64,000 bases of DNA from Octopus sinensis. Taxonomy: Eukaryota. Positions 50,935 to 64,000 of this stretch are shown here, piece after piece. Below the pieces are notes generated by a model. The model ran no database searches. It saw only the letters and a list, made by a program, of their open reading frames with translations, and had not been told where the DNA came from. The first letter of the stretch is position 1. The number at the start of each line of letters is the position of its first letter. The stretch covers positions 8,060,001-8,124,000 of the forward strand of contig NC_043020.1 in assembly GCF_006345805.1 (NCBI RefSeq), in the 5' to 3' direction. The translations under genes and the position numbers were made by a program.

Positions 50935-51167
50935 CATATATGATATATATATGTATGTGTATATATAGCAAGATAGATACACACACACACACAATATTTA
51001 ACTAGGACTGAAATTTCTATTCACTATAGCAGTGCTTTTCAAACTTTTTGCTGGAGCGGAATCCCAAGGGAACATTCCACTGGCTCGAGGAACCCCTGTG
51101 CAATAATTTAATAGTCTTATCCACACATATATGATATATATATGTATGTGTATATGTAGCAAGATAG

Positions 51168-51206
<39 letters not shown>

Positions 51207-51926
51207 ATTTAACTAGGACTGAAATTTCTATTCACTATAGCAGTGCTTTTCAAACTTTTTGCTGGAGCGGAATCCCAAGGGAACATTCCACTGGCTCAAG
51301 GAACCCCTGTGCAATAATTTAATAGTCTTATCCACACATATATGATATATATATGTATGTGTATATGTAGCAAGATAGATACACACACACACACTCACGC
51401 AATATTTGACTAGGACTGAAATTTCTATTCACTATAGCAGTGCTTTTCAAACTTTTTGCTGGAGCGGAATCCCAAGGGAACATTCCACTGGCTCAAGGAA
51501 CCCCTGTGCAATAATTTAATAGTCTTATCCACACATATATGATATATATATGTATGTGTATATGTAGCAAGATAGATACACACACACACACTCACACACA
51601 CACACAATATTTGACTAGGACTGAAATTTCTATTCACTATAGCAGTGCTTTTCAAACTTTTTGCTGGAGCGGAATCCCAAGAGAACATTCCACTGGCTCA
51701 AGGAACCCCTGTGCAATAATTTAATAGTCTTATCCACACATATATGATATATATATGTATGTGTATATGTAGCAAGATAGATACACACACACACACACAA
51801 TATTTAACTAGGACTGAAATTTCTATTCACTATAGCAGTGCTTTTCAAACTTTTTGCTGGAGCGGAATCCCAAGGGAACATTCCACTGGCTCAAGGAACC
51901 CCTGTGCAATAATTTAATAGTCTTAT
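50935..51926. repeat. Five tandem ~200 bp units (flank + microsatellite + hAT left end)
   Basis: CAGTGCTTTTCAAAC starts at 51030, 51241, 51438, 51643, 51836; period varies with (CA)n length. Confidence 0.95.
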
Positions 51927-52089
51927 GCACACCGGTGCCCCAGCATGGCCACAGCTCATGAGCTGAAACTGGAAAAATCAAAATCATATCTGCACAGGAG
52001 ACTTAAAAATTACTGCCAATTTTAGCAGTTTTGTAACTTCTTGCGGAACCCCTGGACTGTACTGGCGGAACCCTGGTTGAAAACCACTG
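51836..52089 (+). mobile_element. Non-autonomous hAT (Charlie/Buster-like) element with a LINE tail inserted at ~51930-51990
   Basis: TIR-like CAGTGCTTTTCAA / TTGAAAACCACTG; 8 bp TSD CACTATAG on both sides. Confidence 0.8.
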
Positions 52090-52129
52090 CACTATAGTAA
52101 TGAACTGTTGCTGGGGTTGAAACAAACTT

Positions 52130-52130
52130 T

Positions 52131-52166
<36 letters not shown>

Positions 52167-52356
52167 CGCAAACACACACACACACACACACACAACACAC
52201 ACACAAAAACACGCAAACACACACACAAACATACACACACACACACGCAAAAACACGCAAACACGCAAACACACACACACACACACACACACAAACACGC
52301 AAACACACACACACACACACACACACAAACACGCAAACACACACACACACACACAC

Positions 52357-52418
<62 letters not shown>

Positions 52419-52455
52419 AAAACACGCAAACACACACACACACAAACACATACAA

Positions 52456-52496
<41 letters not shown>

Positions 52497-52510
52497 CACA
52501 CAAACACACC
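52130..52510. repeat. (CA)n-derived compound repeat
   Basis: Direct reading. Confidence 0.9.
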
Positions 52511-52592
52511 TGCATTTATATGCATACATATACACCACACACACTACACAGTCTGTAGACCTGTCCTCCCCCCCCCCCACTCTATCCGCCAG

Positions 52593-52725
52593 GAATTGGT
52601 CAAGTGGATCTCTCAGAACGGCATGTTCATACAGTCGTATCTCTACAAACTGTTCACCCTTCTACCATGGTTGTGTGGCCTCTCTGCTAAACATAGCAGT
52701 CGATTCATTCTCAGTTCCATCTATG
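52593..52725 (+). CDS. Exon of unidentified protein-coding gene (ELVKWISQNGMFIQSYLYKLFTLLPWLCGLSAKHSSRFILSSIY)
   Basis: Pyrimidine tract + CAG acceptor, GTAAGC donor, open frame, phase 1 end compatible with 56412 exon. Confidence 0.55.
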
Positions 52726-52929
52726 GTAAGCTATGATGTTGTTGCTTCTGTCGATGAATTTGGACTTGGGGATTTGGCGGCAAGGACTATCGTTTTTATT
52801 TGTTTTTATATATATTTCGTTTTTCTGTTGTTTATTTTTGTTACTTATGTTTCTGTTTTTGTATGCGTCTAGTATTTTTCTCCAGCCTTTTTTATTTCAG
52901 ATAACATGGGTTATAATAAAATGATGATA

Positions 52930-53245
52930 ATAATAATAATAATGAAATTATTGTATATAGTGCTCAGGTGCACTACAACTCATCAAAGGTGCATGTACAG
53001 TTCATAGAATTATGTACAAATGTCAGGAAAGTGAACAGTGTATGAGTCATGATATATAGGTGTGCATGCATATGGAGGGTTGGGATATCAGGTGTAGTGT
53101 TGGTGAATTTTGGGAAGCATGGAGGTTTTAAAGGATGCAATGTCTCGGCAGCTAACAACTGATGCAGGTAGTTTGTTCCATGCTTGAGCTACTCTGAGTG
53201 TGAAAAAATGTTTCTGAAAGTCATGGGAGCTGTGCTGTTTTCTGA
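52930..53245 (-). mobile_element. CR1 LINE 3' end, same family as 48705
   Basis: (AAT)n-GAAATTATTGTATATAGTGCTCAGGTGCAC...GTCATGGGAGCTGTGCTG. Confidence 0.8.
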
Positions 53246-53527
53246 TTTTTGTCCCCCTCACCTGAATATATTATCACCAAGGTAGACGTTTGTGTATTTG
53301 TGTGCTCCATGTGACATCTATGTATACATGCATATACAAACCCCGTCTACCATCTTTCCAACAACCACTTAGGCCACATTTTAAAATTCAGTACCACTTG
53401 GGGACATGCTTATAGGATCCCGAAACAGCACAGCACCTAACTTTCTGGAGTATTTTCCTTGCTTGGAATTCTTAAAGCATGAAATAAACAACCTGTGTCA
53501 GGTGTTAGCTGTCAGGATACAGCATCC

Positions 53528-53759
53528 AAGGCGGCAAACTGGCAGAATCGTTAGCACGCCGGACGAAATGCTTAGCGGTATTTAGTCTGCCGCTACGTTC
53601 TGAGTTCAAATTCCGCCGAGGTCGACCTTGCCTTTCATCCTTTCGGGGTCGATTAAATAAGTACCAGTTACGCACTGGGGTCGATATAATCGACTTAATC
53701 CGTTTGTTTGTCCTTGTTTGTCCTCTCTGTGATTAGCCCCTTGTGGGTAGTATAGAAAT
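53528..53759 (+). mobile_element. Family A1 SINE
   Basis: TSD AGGATACAGCATC. Confidence 0.85.
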
Positions 53760-54117
53760 AGGATACAGCATCTTGCAAAACTCCATGTTTCAGGAAATTC
53801 ACCAATGCCATTCCTGAAATGTCTAAGCACCCTTTCTTCTTTCTGGCTCTTTTACTGTTTACTTTTCTTCTTTCATTCTGTCTACTTTGCATTTTGGCAA
53901 TCATTGCTCTCTTACTTTATTCCATGTGTATGTCTGCATTCTGTCCCTCTTTTAATGCCCCTGAGCACTGTATAAGCTCATTGTTGTCGTTGTTATTATT
54001 ATTAAGCAGTAAGTTTGCAAAATTGTTAGCATGTTGGACAAAATGTTTAGCAGTATTTTGTCCATCTGCACAGTCTAAGTTCAAATTCCACCAAGGTCGA
54101 CTTTGCCTCTCATCTTC

Positions 54118-54478
54118 TGGTTAGGGCAGTGGACTTGCAGTCAGAGGATCGCAGTTTCGATTCCCAAACCGGGCGTTGTGTGTGTTTATTGAGCGAAAAC
54201 ACCTAAAGCTCCATGAGGTTCCGGCAGGGGGTGGTGGTGACCCCTGTTGTACACTTTCGCTCCAACTTTCTCTCACTCTTTCTTCCTGTTTCTTGTCCCC
54301 GGCTTCCTACGCAACAGCTGAGCCTGGATGCGCATTCATCCATCCGTCGATGCTCTCGGTTTCAGGGGTTGACCTGCTTTCTCTTCTGCAGGTCGTACGA
54401 ATAGCAAAGGACCACGTTTCGGACTTCTACAGAGAAGACCGCTTCGCTCAACAAGCAAACAAACGAACATACAAAGCA
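54118..54478 (+). mobile_element. Family C head with an alternative 3' body ending (CAAA)n
   Basis: C-like to CTTCCTGTTTCTTG (~54294), then unrelated sequence. Confidence 0.55.
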
Positions 54479-54479
54479 G

Positions 54480-54670
54480 CACTGGCAATGACCTTGCTCG
54501 AATGTTTTTTTCACGTGCCACCGGCACAAGTGCCAGTAAGGCAACGCTGGTAATGATCCTGCTTGAATGGTGCTTTTTACGTGCCACCAGCACAGAAGCC
54601 AGTTAGCCACTCTGGCAACGATCACGCTCAGATGGTGCTCTTAGCGCTCCACTAGCACGGATGCCAGTCA
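54480..54670 (-). repeat. ~60 bp subunit repeat related to the 5' part of family D
   Basis: Repeated GTGGCACGT(A/G)AAAA on the minus strand. Confidence 0.55.
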
Positions 54671-55373
54671 TCGAATTTGATTTCAATTGTATACATAAAT
54701 ATATGTACAGTTTTTGTCTTCTAAAACCACTTACATGACTTTGGTTGTTCCAATGCTATAAGGTACCACTTATCATCATCATTGTCATCATCATCATCAT
54801 TATCATCATATCTTCACCTACCCTACTGGCATGCATCGAGGTCCAAGTCCTTTCTTATGAGCAGCCACAACTCTCAGAGACCAGTACTCATACATGTCAT
54901 AGAGCTGGGTTCCCTTCATATCAACAATGATTTTACAGAGTGTTCCTGGGTGTATTTTCTTGTGGCATCAACACCAGAGAAGTTGAATGGTGATGGGTGA
55001 CACAGAACTAAATGGACCTCACAGCATTACACTTTCTCTGCTCATTTTTCACCCATTGAACAGGGTGTGCTGTAAATGTGTGTGTGTGCATGTGTATATA
55101 TGTATGTGTATGTGTATATTTATATTGTGTATATGTATGTGTGTTTGTTTATATACTTTTGGATAATGTGTGTGCGCTCACTCACATATACACACATTAA
55201 ATCTTTGCATGCAAATAAATATTGGTGTTCTTTATTTGAAAAAAAACATTGTCACTTGCAATAAAGAACATAAAATATCCAGACTAAGTGTGTCAACATG
55301 TCAATATAACAATGCATGGAGGATATTTTGCTGTTCTCACTGTTTTAATAAAGCATACATTACATGCAATGTA

Positions 55374-55690
55374 GTGGAGGTGCAATGGCCCAGTGGTTAG
55401 GGCAGCAGACTCGCGGTCGGAGGATCGCAGTTTCGATTCCCAGACCGGGTGTTGTGTGTGTTTATTGAGCGGAAACACCTAAAGCTCCACGAGGCTCTGG
55501 CAGAGGGTGGTGGCGATCCCTGTTGTACTCTTTCGCCCCCAACTTTCTCTCACTCTTTCTTCCTGTTTCTTGAGTAACGCTGCGATGGACTGGCATCCTG
55601 TCCAGCTGGGGAGAACACATATGCCACAGAAACCGGGAAACCAGGCCCATGAGCCTGGCTAGGCTTGAAAAGGGTGCATAAATAAAAAAT
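55374..55690 (+). mobile_element. Family C head with a third 3' body, A-rich tail
   Basis: C-like to CTTCCTGTTTCTTG, then AGTAACGCTGCGATGGACTGGCATCCTGTCCAG...GCATAAATAAAAAA. Confidence 0.7.
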
Positions 55691-56104
55691 AACATGCAAT
55701 GTATACATACATGTACACATATATACATACCCACCTGCATGCATACATGCAAGACATGCATATACACATACATGCATACATACATATAGGCAGAGAATGC
55801 AACTTCACTATTGCTGATGCCATACAAAATGTACCCAGTGTTGTCATGTGAACCACCATCATCATTATTTGTCCATTTTCCCAAGTTAGCATGGATTGAA
55901 TGGTTCAACAGTTGCTAAGAAACCAGAGAACTGCACCAAGATCCAGTAGCTGCTTTGAAACGGTTTCTATGGTTCAATGACCTTCCTAATGCCCAACTAC
56001 TTTACAGGGTGTACTTGCTGGGTATTTTTTTCCAAAAAGCAAATCAGCAGAGACATCAGAAGAGCACTTTAGTCTTGTTGGGGACAGACACGACACTCTA
56101 TTTT

Positions 56105-56335
56105 ATACCTATTTCTTTACTACCCACAAGGGGCTAAACATAGAGGGGACAAACAAGGACAGACATGGGTATTAAGTCGATTACATCGACCCCAGTGCGA
56201 AACTGGTACTTAATTTATCGACCCCGAAAGGATGAAAGGCAAAGTCGACCTCGGCGGAATTTGATCTCACAATGTAATGGCAGCCGAAATACCGCTAAGC
56301 ATTTCGCCTGACGTGCTAACAATTCTGCCAGCTTG
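56105..56335 (-). mobile_element. Family A1 SINE
   Basis: Reverse complement of A1. Confidence 0.85.
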
Positions 56336-56411
56336 CTGCCTTTTATACCAGGATAAAATGTGGTGGTGGGTGAGAGATCAAGTAAAGCTTTGTTGTTATT
56401 TTCCCTTACAG

Positions 56412-56468
56412 ATTTGACCCTAATTGTTAAAACAATGTCTGCCCCAAAGTATGCCGACATCAACTGGG
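56412..56468 (+). CDS. Exon of unidentified gene ((D)LTLIVKTMSAPKYADINW)
   Basis: TTTTCCCTTACAG acceptor, GTTAGT donor, phase 1/1. Confidence 0.55.
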
Positions 56469-56517
56469 GTTAGTTATTTCTGATGTTGACAAATATTTGT
56501 TTGCTTTCTATTTTCAG

Positions 56518-56618
56518 AACCTTTGCAAGTGTCTGTCGAAGATGAAAAGGAGAAAGAAAGGCCTCCTTTGGAACGGAAGAAGAGCAAGCCTCAACCTCTT
56601 GGAACCATTCCTTATGAG
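56518..56618 (+). CDS. Exon of unidentified gene ((E)PLQVSVEDEKEKERPPLERKKSKPQPLGTIPYE)
   Basis: TTTCTATTTTCAG acceptor after a 49 nt intron, GTGCGT donor, phase 1/0, protein-like composition. Confidence 0.65.
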
Positions 56619-56651
56619 GTGCGTTTGAAAGTTATTGTTTTTATTATTAGA

Positions 56652-56960
56652 CTAGCAGTATCGCCCGGCGTTGCTCGGGTTTGTAAGGGAAATAACTATA
56701 TAAGCATTTTTAGAGAGTTATAGCCAAAAGATAGCAAAAAAATGCATTAAAAATGGAAAAAAAATTATGGTAATTTTTTTTTTAAATCGTTGACTCATCG
56801 TAGAAATTTTTAGAGAGTTACTTCCCTTATATAATAGCGAAAAAATGCATTAAATGAAAAAAAATGATGGTAAATTATTTTTAAAATTGTAGACTCATCG
56901 TAGACGCGCCCTAATACCCAGAAGGGCTCGATATGAATCACGACTATAAGATACCCTCAT
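56652..56960 (-). mobile_element. Non-autonomous Helitron 3' end with internal ~100 bp tandem duplication
   Basis: Minus strand ends CCCGAGCAACGCCGGG hairpin ... CTAG|T; ATTTTTAGAGAGTTA at 56706 and 56806. Confidence 0.75.
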
Positions 56961-57110
56961 TTTTGATATTTTCAGTGTCATCAATCATAATTCATTTATC
57001 ATGACTCTGACAATACTTTTATTGTAACTTTTTATTTTTTTGATAAAAATATATGAGTATTGTACATGTTTTCTTTTTCATAACTGTAAACCTACTTTTG
57101 CACCACCCTA
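56960..57110. mobile_element. mariner-like terminal fragment
   Basis: Ends TACTTTTGCACCACCC-TATA. Confidence 0.35.
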
Positions 57111-57393
57111 TATATCTGTGTGTGTATGTGTGTATATATTATATATATAAGTTCAGCAACAAGTTAGATTCAAATGAATATGGCACTTAATTTAGATGCA
57201 CCAGAATTTTTTATTGTATTACCCATAAAAATATTTATATATATATATGTGTCTCCTTCTCTCTCTCTCTCTCTCTCTCTACTATCTCTATCTCTATCTG
57301 TCTGTAATGAGAAAGATGCCAGAAGAAAAAAAATACATTTCGAAATTGAATTTATCAAAAACACGTATCTAAATGCTTTCTCTTTTGCAACAG

Positions 57394-57535
57394 GGGATAC
57401 AGACATTGAAAGGACACATTGGGGACTCGTGCGCAAGTTCAATCAACACCGTCAAACCTTCAGATTATTACCGATTGTCAAAATTATTTTGCAGTATAAA
57501 CTCGAATGTCTTGTCGTATTATCTGCCCTGGACAG
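57394..57535 (+). CDS. Exon of unidentified gene (GIQTLKGHIGDSCASSINTVKPSDYYRLSKLFCSINSNVLSYYLPWT)
   Basis: TTTCTCTTTTGCAACAG acceptor, CAG|GTAACA donor, phase 0 start continues the previous exon in frame. Confidence 0.6.
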
Positions 57536-57558
57536 GTAACATTTCACATTCATTATTA

Positions 57559-57607
<49 letters not shown>

Positions 57608-57698
57608 ATGAAGTAAGTACCAGTGATGCACTGGAGTCAATATAATCGACTAGTTCCCTCCCCTCAAATTTCAGGCCTTGTGCCTTTAGCAGAAAGGA

Positions 57699-58810
<1,112 letters not shown>

Positions 58811-58816
58811 AATATA

Positions 58817-59045
58817 AGGTGGCAAGTTGGCGGAATCGTTAGCATGCCAGGCAAAATGCTTAGCAGCTTTTCGTTTGCCCTTAACTTCTGAGTTCAAATT
58901 CCGCCAAGGCTAACCTTGCCTTTCGTCATTTTGGGATCGATAAAACAAGTACCAGTTGAACACTGGGGTTGATGTAATCGACCAGTCTCCACCCCCAGAA
59001 ATTTCAGACCTTCTGCCTATCGTAGAAAGGATTGTCGTTATTATT
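58817..59045 (+). mobile_element. Family A SINE with A2 tail
   Basis: A head, then CCCCCAGAAATTTCAGACCTTCTGCCTATCGTAGAAAGGATT. Confidence 0.75.
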
Positions 59046-59405
59046 AAAGGTAGTTGATTAGCAGAGTCATCAGTGCATCAGAAAAAAAAATGCCTTGTGG
59101 TATTTGTCCTAGCCCTTTACAGTTTAAGTTCAAATCCTATGAAGATTAACTTAGCTCTCCATCCTACTGGGGGTTGATAAAGAAAAGTCCCTTACTTAGA
59201 AAACAGATTGAGGGTTACTGACAGGAAAGGCACCTGGCTGTAAAACAAGGCCTAAATAATATCTAAATCAGTCATAAGTGTGTGTTGCCTTATGTGTGTG
59301 TTTGTGTGTTAATGTGCATCTATCGGTTTGTCTGCCCCCATTGCTTATAATTTAGGCTTTTAATTGAAATTCGGTCGATTGGAATGATGTAGAAGGTTGA
59401 CAGTA

Positions 59406-59815
59406 GGCGTAGGAGTGGCTGTGTGGTAAGTAGCTTGTTTACCAACCACATGGTTCCGGGTTCAGTCCCACTGCGTGGCACCTTGGCAAGTGTCTTCTAC
59501 TATAGCCTCGGGCCGACCAAAGCCGTGTGAGTGGATTTGGTAGACGGAAACTGAAAGAAGCCCGTCGTATATATGTATATTTATATGTGTGTGCATGTAT
59601 GTTTGTGTGTCTGTGTTTGTCCCCCTAGCATTGCTTGACAACCGATGCTGGTGTGTTTATGTCCCCGTCACCTAGCAGTTCGGCAAAAGAGACCGATAGA
59701 ATAAGTACTGGGCTTACAAAGAATAAGTCCAGGGATCGAGTTGCTCGATTAAAGGCGGTGCACCAGCATGGCCGCAGTCAAAATGACTGAAACAAGTAAA
59801 AAGAGAAAGAGAGAA
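59406..59815 (+). mobile_element. Family B SINE, full length
   Basis: GGCGTAGGAGTGGCTGTGTGG...CAGTCAAAATGACTGAAAC. Confidence 0.85.
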
Positions 59816-60135
59816 ATGCTAATCCCTCTTTTGGGGGCGGCAGATTTCAAGTGTTGCCTGGGTTGAACACCCAGGTCCACAAAGAATAGAGATTCTGCCA
59901 GTGGTTCTTACAGCTGACATGATTTATACAGAGCCAGATTGACTGAGGCAGCAGGAATCAAATAGGTTGGTAATTACAGACAGTAAACGGGCACCGAGAT
60001 CGGAGTTCAAGCCATTGACTCTGCATTCGGCAGTTTCTGCCTACAACACTTACTGAATGAAACCGTTAGATCTAATGGCGTTCGGTGGAAGGGAGATAAC
60101 TCTCATTTTATTGACGAGAAAACTACCAAAATTTA

Positions 60136-60345
60136 TTACACGAATCTGTTACCATCACGACAGTCAACTATTTGACGCCGAACACGAGTTTGATGTTGAA
60201 TACATCCACGAATTTTCCGCTCAGATAGCTCTTCCCAAGACTGCAAGACGGCTTCGTGCAATTCATGCCTCGATGTAGGGATTTTCAGTTCAACTTTATC
60301 GGCCAAAACTTTGAAAATTCCTTCATCTTATGGATTCCACGTGTA
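60136..60345 (-). pseudogene. Tc1/mariner transposase C-terminal relic
   Basis: Minus strand WNP*DEGIFKVLADKVELKIPTSRHELHEAVLQSWEELSERKIRGCIQHQTRVRRQIVDCRDGNRFV* resembles the helices after the NP(L)D motif; in-frame stop. Confidence 0.5.
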
Positions 60346-60370
60346 AACATGTGTTGATTAGAACTCACTG

Positions 60371-60586
60371 AATAATAATAATAATGAAATTATTGTATAC
60401 AGTGCTCAGGTGCACCACAACTTGTCAAAAGTGTGCATAACGCATATGCAGTAATGTACAAATGTCTGGAAAGCGAACAATGTATGAGTCAGATACATGC
60501 TTGTGTGTGTATGGAGGGGAGAAAATCAGGTGTAGTGTTGGCGAATCTCAGGAAGCATGGAAGTTTTGAAGGATGCAGTGCTCCGT
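60371..60586 (-). mobile_element. CR1 LINE 3' end, third copy of the 48705 family
   Basis: Near-identical 3'UTR. Confidence 0.8.
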
Positions 60587-61189
60587 AAATCCTAATTTAC
60601 TGTGTTGTCAATTGTATGCACCTGACATATGCTAACGTGTATGCAGCCAGACTTTTCACACAGAGGATACATTTTTTCCCCCTTTTTTTTTTCCTCTCGT
60701 TCTTCTTCTCCTTTGCTTTTTTTGTTCCTCTCCTCCTCATTCTTTTTGCCATTCTCTTCTCTTGGCTGCGAAGCATTTTTACCTCCGTAAGGTGAAAACC
60801 AGAGTCAATCTGAACAGGATTTGAATGTTTGTCCCCACTTTCTTTTCTTTTTTTTTTTATTCTCTTTAATTGAGAAAAGACTTACCCTTTGTAGGTTAGC
60901 TGTCATGTGTATGTGTGTGTGTGTGTAGGGTTAAAATCCAAGCAGTGTCGCCTTGAATCACATCTGCTTATTTCAGTATTTCAAATCCATATGTAGATGC
61001 TATATTTGTGTGAAGTGTGAAAATATTGGAAAGTATTTTCTGCACTGCAAATAATATCCTTAAATCCTTAAAAATGTTTTAGCTCGAAGGCCGCGGCCAT
61101 GCTGGGGCACCACCGCTGAAAACAATTTTTACAAAATTGTATATGTTGGGAAAATATGTGCCAACCAACTTCAAGAAACTGAAGCAATT

Positions 61190-61425
61190 ATATATTTCTT
61201 TACTACCCACAAGGGGCTAAACACAGAGGAGACAAACAAGGACAGACAAACGGATTAAGTCGATTACATCGACCCCAGTGCATAACCGGTACTTAATTTA
61301 TCGACCCTGGAAGGATGAAAGGCAAAGTCGACCTCGGCAGAATTTGAACTCGGAATGTAACGGCAGACGAAATACGGCAACGCATTTCGCCCGGCGTGCT
61401 AACGGTTTTGCCAGCTCGCCGCCTA
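61190..61425 (-). mobile_element. Family A1 SINE
   Basis: Reverse complement of A1. Confidence 0.8.
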
Positions 61426-61835
61426 AGCAATTATAACTGACACACCATCGGTTCCAACAATGAGGGTCCCAGTCGATCTGGTCAGTGGAACAGCTCATGA
61501 AATTAATGTGCAAGTGGTTGAGCACTCCACAAACATGCATACCCTGAATGTAGTCCTCGGGGAAATTCAGCATGACACAGAATGTGATGAGGATGGCCCT
61601 TTGAAATACACTGAAACACTTGTGATGTTAGAAAGGATAGCAAGGAGGAGGAGATGATACGTCTGCGGGCCAGAGGCTGGAGCATAACTATGCTTGTTTA
61701 GATGGTTTGGGAGTTGGCTATGGATTGAGCAAATTGAGCTGAAAATTGCTGCCTGAGGGACATGAAATACTTGCATACCGATAGGTTACTAACTTTCTAT
61801 AGAACTGAAAGATTAGTGTCACGGTACCATTTGTG

Positions 61836-62059
61836 GCGAGCTGGCAGAAACGTTAGCACGCCGGGCGAAATGCTTAGCGGTATTTCGTCTGTGTTACATT
61901 GTGAGTTCAAATTCCGCCGAGGTCGACTTTGCCTTTCATCCTTTCGGGGTCGATAAATTAAGTACCAGTTACGCACTGGGGTCGATGTAATCGACTTAAT
62001 ATCTATGTCTGTCCTTGTTTGTCCCCTGTGTTTAGCCCCTTGTGGGTAATAAAGAAATA
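61836..62059 (+). mobile_element. Family A1 SINE
   Basis: TSD GGTACCATTTGTGG. Confidence 0.85.
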
Positions 62060-63281
62060 GGTACCATTTGTGGTATAGTACCATTAATGGTATAGCGCCA
62101 TTTATGTATTTGGTATGATGCAGTTGATACTCACACAAACACCCTAGAATCTACTCCCATCTCTTCCTGGGCCATTTGGTTTATCAGCATTGTTCCTTCT
62201 GCTGCAGCTACAATAGCCTCGAGCTTCTCTAACTTGAACTAGCAAACTGTTTGCCCTCTTTGTCAGGCCCACCCAAGATAATCAAATTTCCTCTCATTAT
62301 GTTTCATTGCCTTGGTATACATGCTGGCATGGATTGGATGGTTTGACCAGGGCTTACGGCATGGTTTTCTATGGCTGGGTGCCCTTCCTAATGCCAACCA
62401 GTTTGAGAGTGTTATGGGTGGTTTTACATGCCACCAGCACAGGTACCTTTTTGCATGACACCGGTATCTGCTATGACTGTGATTTTGCACAGCTTGAGGG
62501 GTCTTCTTCTCAAGCACAACATAATGCCAAAGGTCTGGGCCGTTGCTTCTGTGGGGCCCAACACTCGAAAGGTGCTCAACCACTTTGCCTCCGTGAGGTC
62601 CAATGCTCAAAAAGTGATTTTTATGTGCCAAAAATTGGATGTTACAACGTGGAGGGGGAGGGTATCTTTTTATTACTGACAATGTGCCTTGAAACGAATT
62701 CAAGCTGTAAGCAGAAGCTTCCAATACATTGGTTTGATAAACACCTGAATGTTAAAAACAAGGTCATTTATTTATTTTTACATTCGTGGAAGGACTTTTA
62801 TCTTTTTTCTTTTTCCATATCTACCCTAGTGTATCATAAACTGTTATTTGAAACTGTAATTCAATTCAAGAGACATCATTAATAAATTTTAAAATAAAAT
62901 ATATATTTTTCTACAAATTATCTGCAATCAAAGTCAGTCGGATATTTGTGTTAATCATTCTCTACAAAACCAATTAAAAATATTCTTTTTATTACATCAT
63001 GCTCACCACAGCATCACTCTTTTCAGTTTTTCTCCCTAGCTCTAAAACATGATGAATCAGGATTAGGAGATAAGAGAAATAAAATTTTAAAAACCTAATT
63101 TTAAGTAAACTTACATTTCTTCTCTAAAACTTTTCAAGTGTTATCTATTTAGTTATTGTATTTATTCTTTGAGTTTCAACTTTGGTCTGAATTTAAATCA
63201 TTATTGTTTTATATTACCATTTTTAAGTTTGTATATTCATTATAGTTTTTAGTATAAAAATGGCAATCAATAAAAGTAATA

Positions 63282-63334
<53 letters not shown>

Positions 63335-63613
63335 TATACATATATATTATATTCTTGATCGGCATTTTTCAGATGATTAAGGTCCCTGTTAGTGTATATA
63401 TTTGCATTTATGTGCATTGACTACACCATTAGAGCATCATTTTAGCTCTTATTTTTAGCAATGACGGTGTTCCTAATACCCTAATCACATATCAGTAACA
63501 GATATAATTCTCCTTTTTGCTAAAATATTGCAAACTGCTATTTATATTAATTTCATGTTTGTGTGTGTGTAAGTATAAATGTACTAATATTTGTTTTTTT
63601 AAGCGCTGGAATG

Positions 63614-63818
63614 TATATTGAACAATACAAATTAGATGATATTTTTTCAAATGCAGAATTGCCATTAGAACAGCAGAAATACTGGCTGAATTACCCTTAC
63701 AAAGCTGGTTGTTGACAATTTTTTCTATGTTGTAAGGGTAATTTTCCCAGCATTTCTGCTGTTCTAATGGCAATTCTGCATTTAAAAAAGTATCATCTAC
63801 TTTGTATTGTTTAATATA
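63614..63818. repeat. ~205 bp foldback (MITE-like hairpin), ~90 bp arms
   Basis: AATGCAGAATTGCCATTAGAACAGCAGAAAT / ATTTCTGCTGTTCTAATGGCAATTCTGCATT and continuing near-perfect pairing. Confidence 0.8.
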
Positions 63819-64000
63819 TATATAATGTGTGTGTGTATGTGTGACTGTATAGTAAGAAGCTTGCTTGCCCACCACATGGTTCTAGGTTCAGGCCCCACTG
63901 GGTGTTCTCTGCTAAAGCCTTGTCTGAAACTAATCCTTGTGAGTGGAATTGATAAACTGAAAGAAGCCCATTGTGTGTGTGTGTGTGTGTGTGTTTGTCA

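Noticed and set aside
50935-51926. CRISPR-like repeat-spacer array
   Set aside because: Eukaryotic context; the intervening segments are near-identical rather than unique spacers; no cas genes

Overview
AT-rich, extremely repeat-dense animal genomic DNA. The repeat content looks like an octopus (coleoid cephalopod) genome; this is an inference from the SINE and microsatellite repertoire. Most of the window is microsatellites and minisatellites plus dozens of copies of a few tRNA-derived SINE families (working labels A, B, C) and a (GAT)n-tailed retroposon end (label D). It also holds 5'-truncated CR1-type LINE ends, a DD37D Tc1/mariner (maT-like) relic, TTAA-type MITEs, a hAT-type element whose left end is tandemly amplified, and a Helitron 3' end. 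Two Penelope-like palindromes carry minimal hammerhead-ribozyme motifs. Nearly all ORFs in the supplied track are microsatellite or SINE artefacts. Plausible host coding sequence is limited to four phase-compatible + strand exons of an unidentified gene (52593-57535) and, most interestingly, three tandem paralogous 20-codon hydrophobic small ORFs at 38580-40218. These sORFs show a purifying-selection pattern: ORF1 and ORF2 differ by 6 synonymous and 0 nonsynonymous changes. All three share a strong Kozak context and tandem stop codons, and units 2 and 3 have a repeated TATA module upstream.
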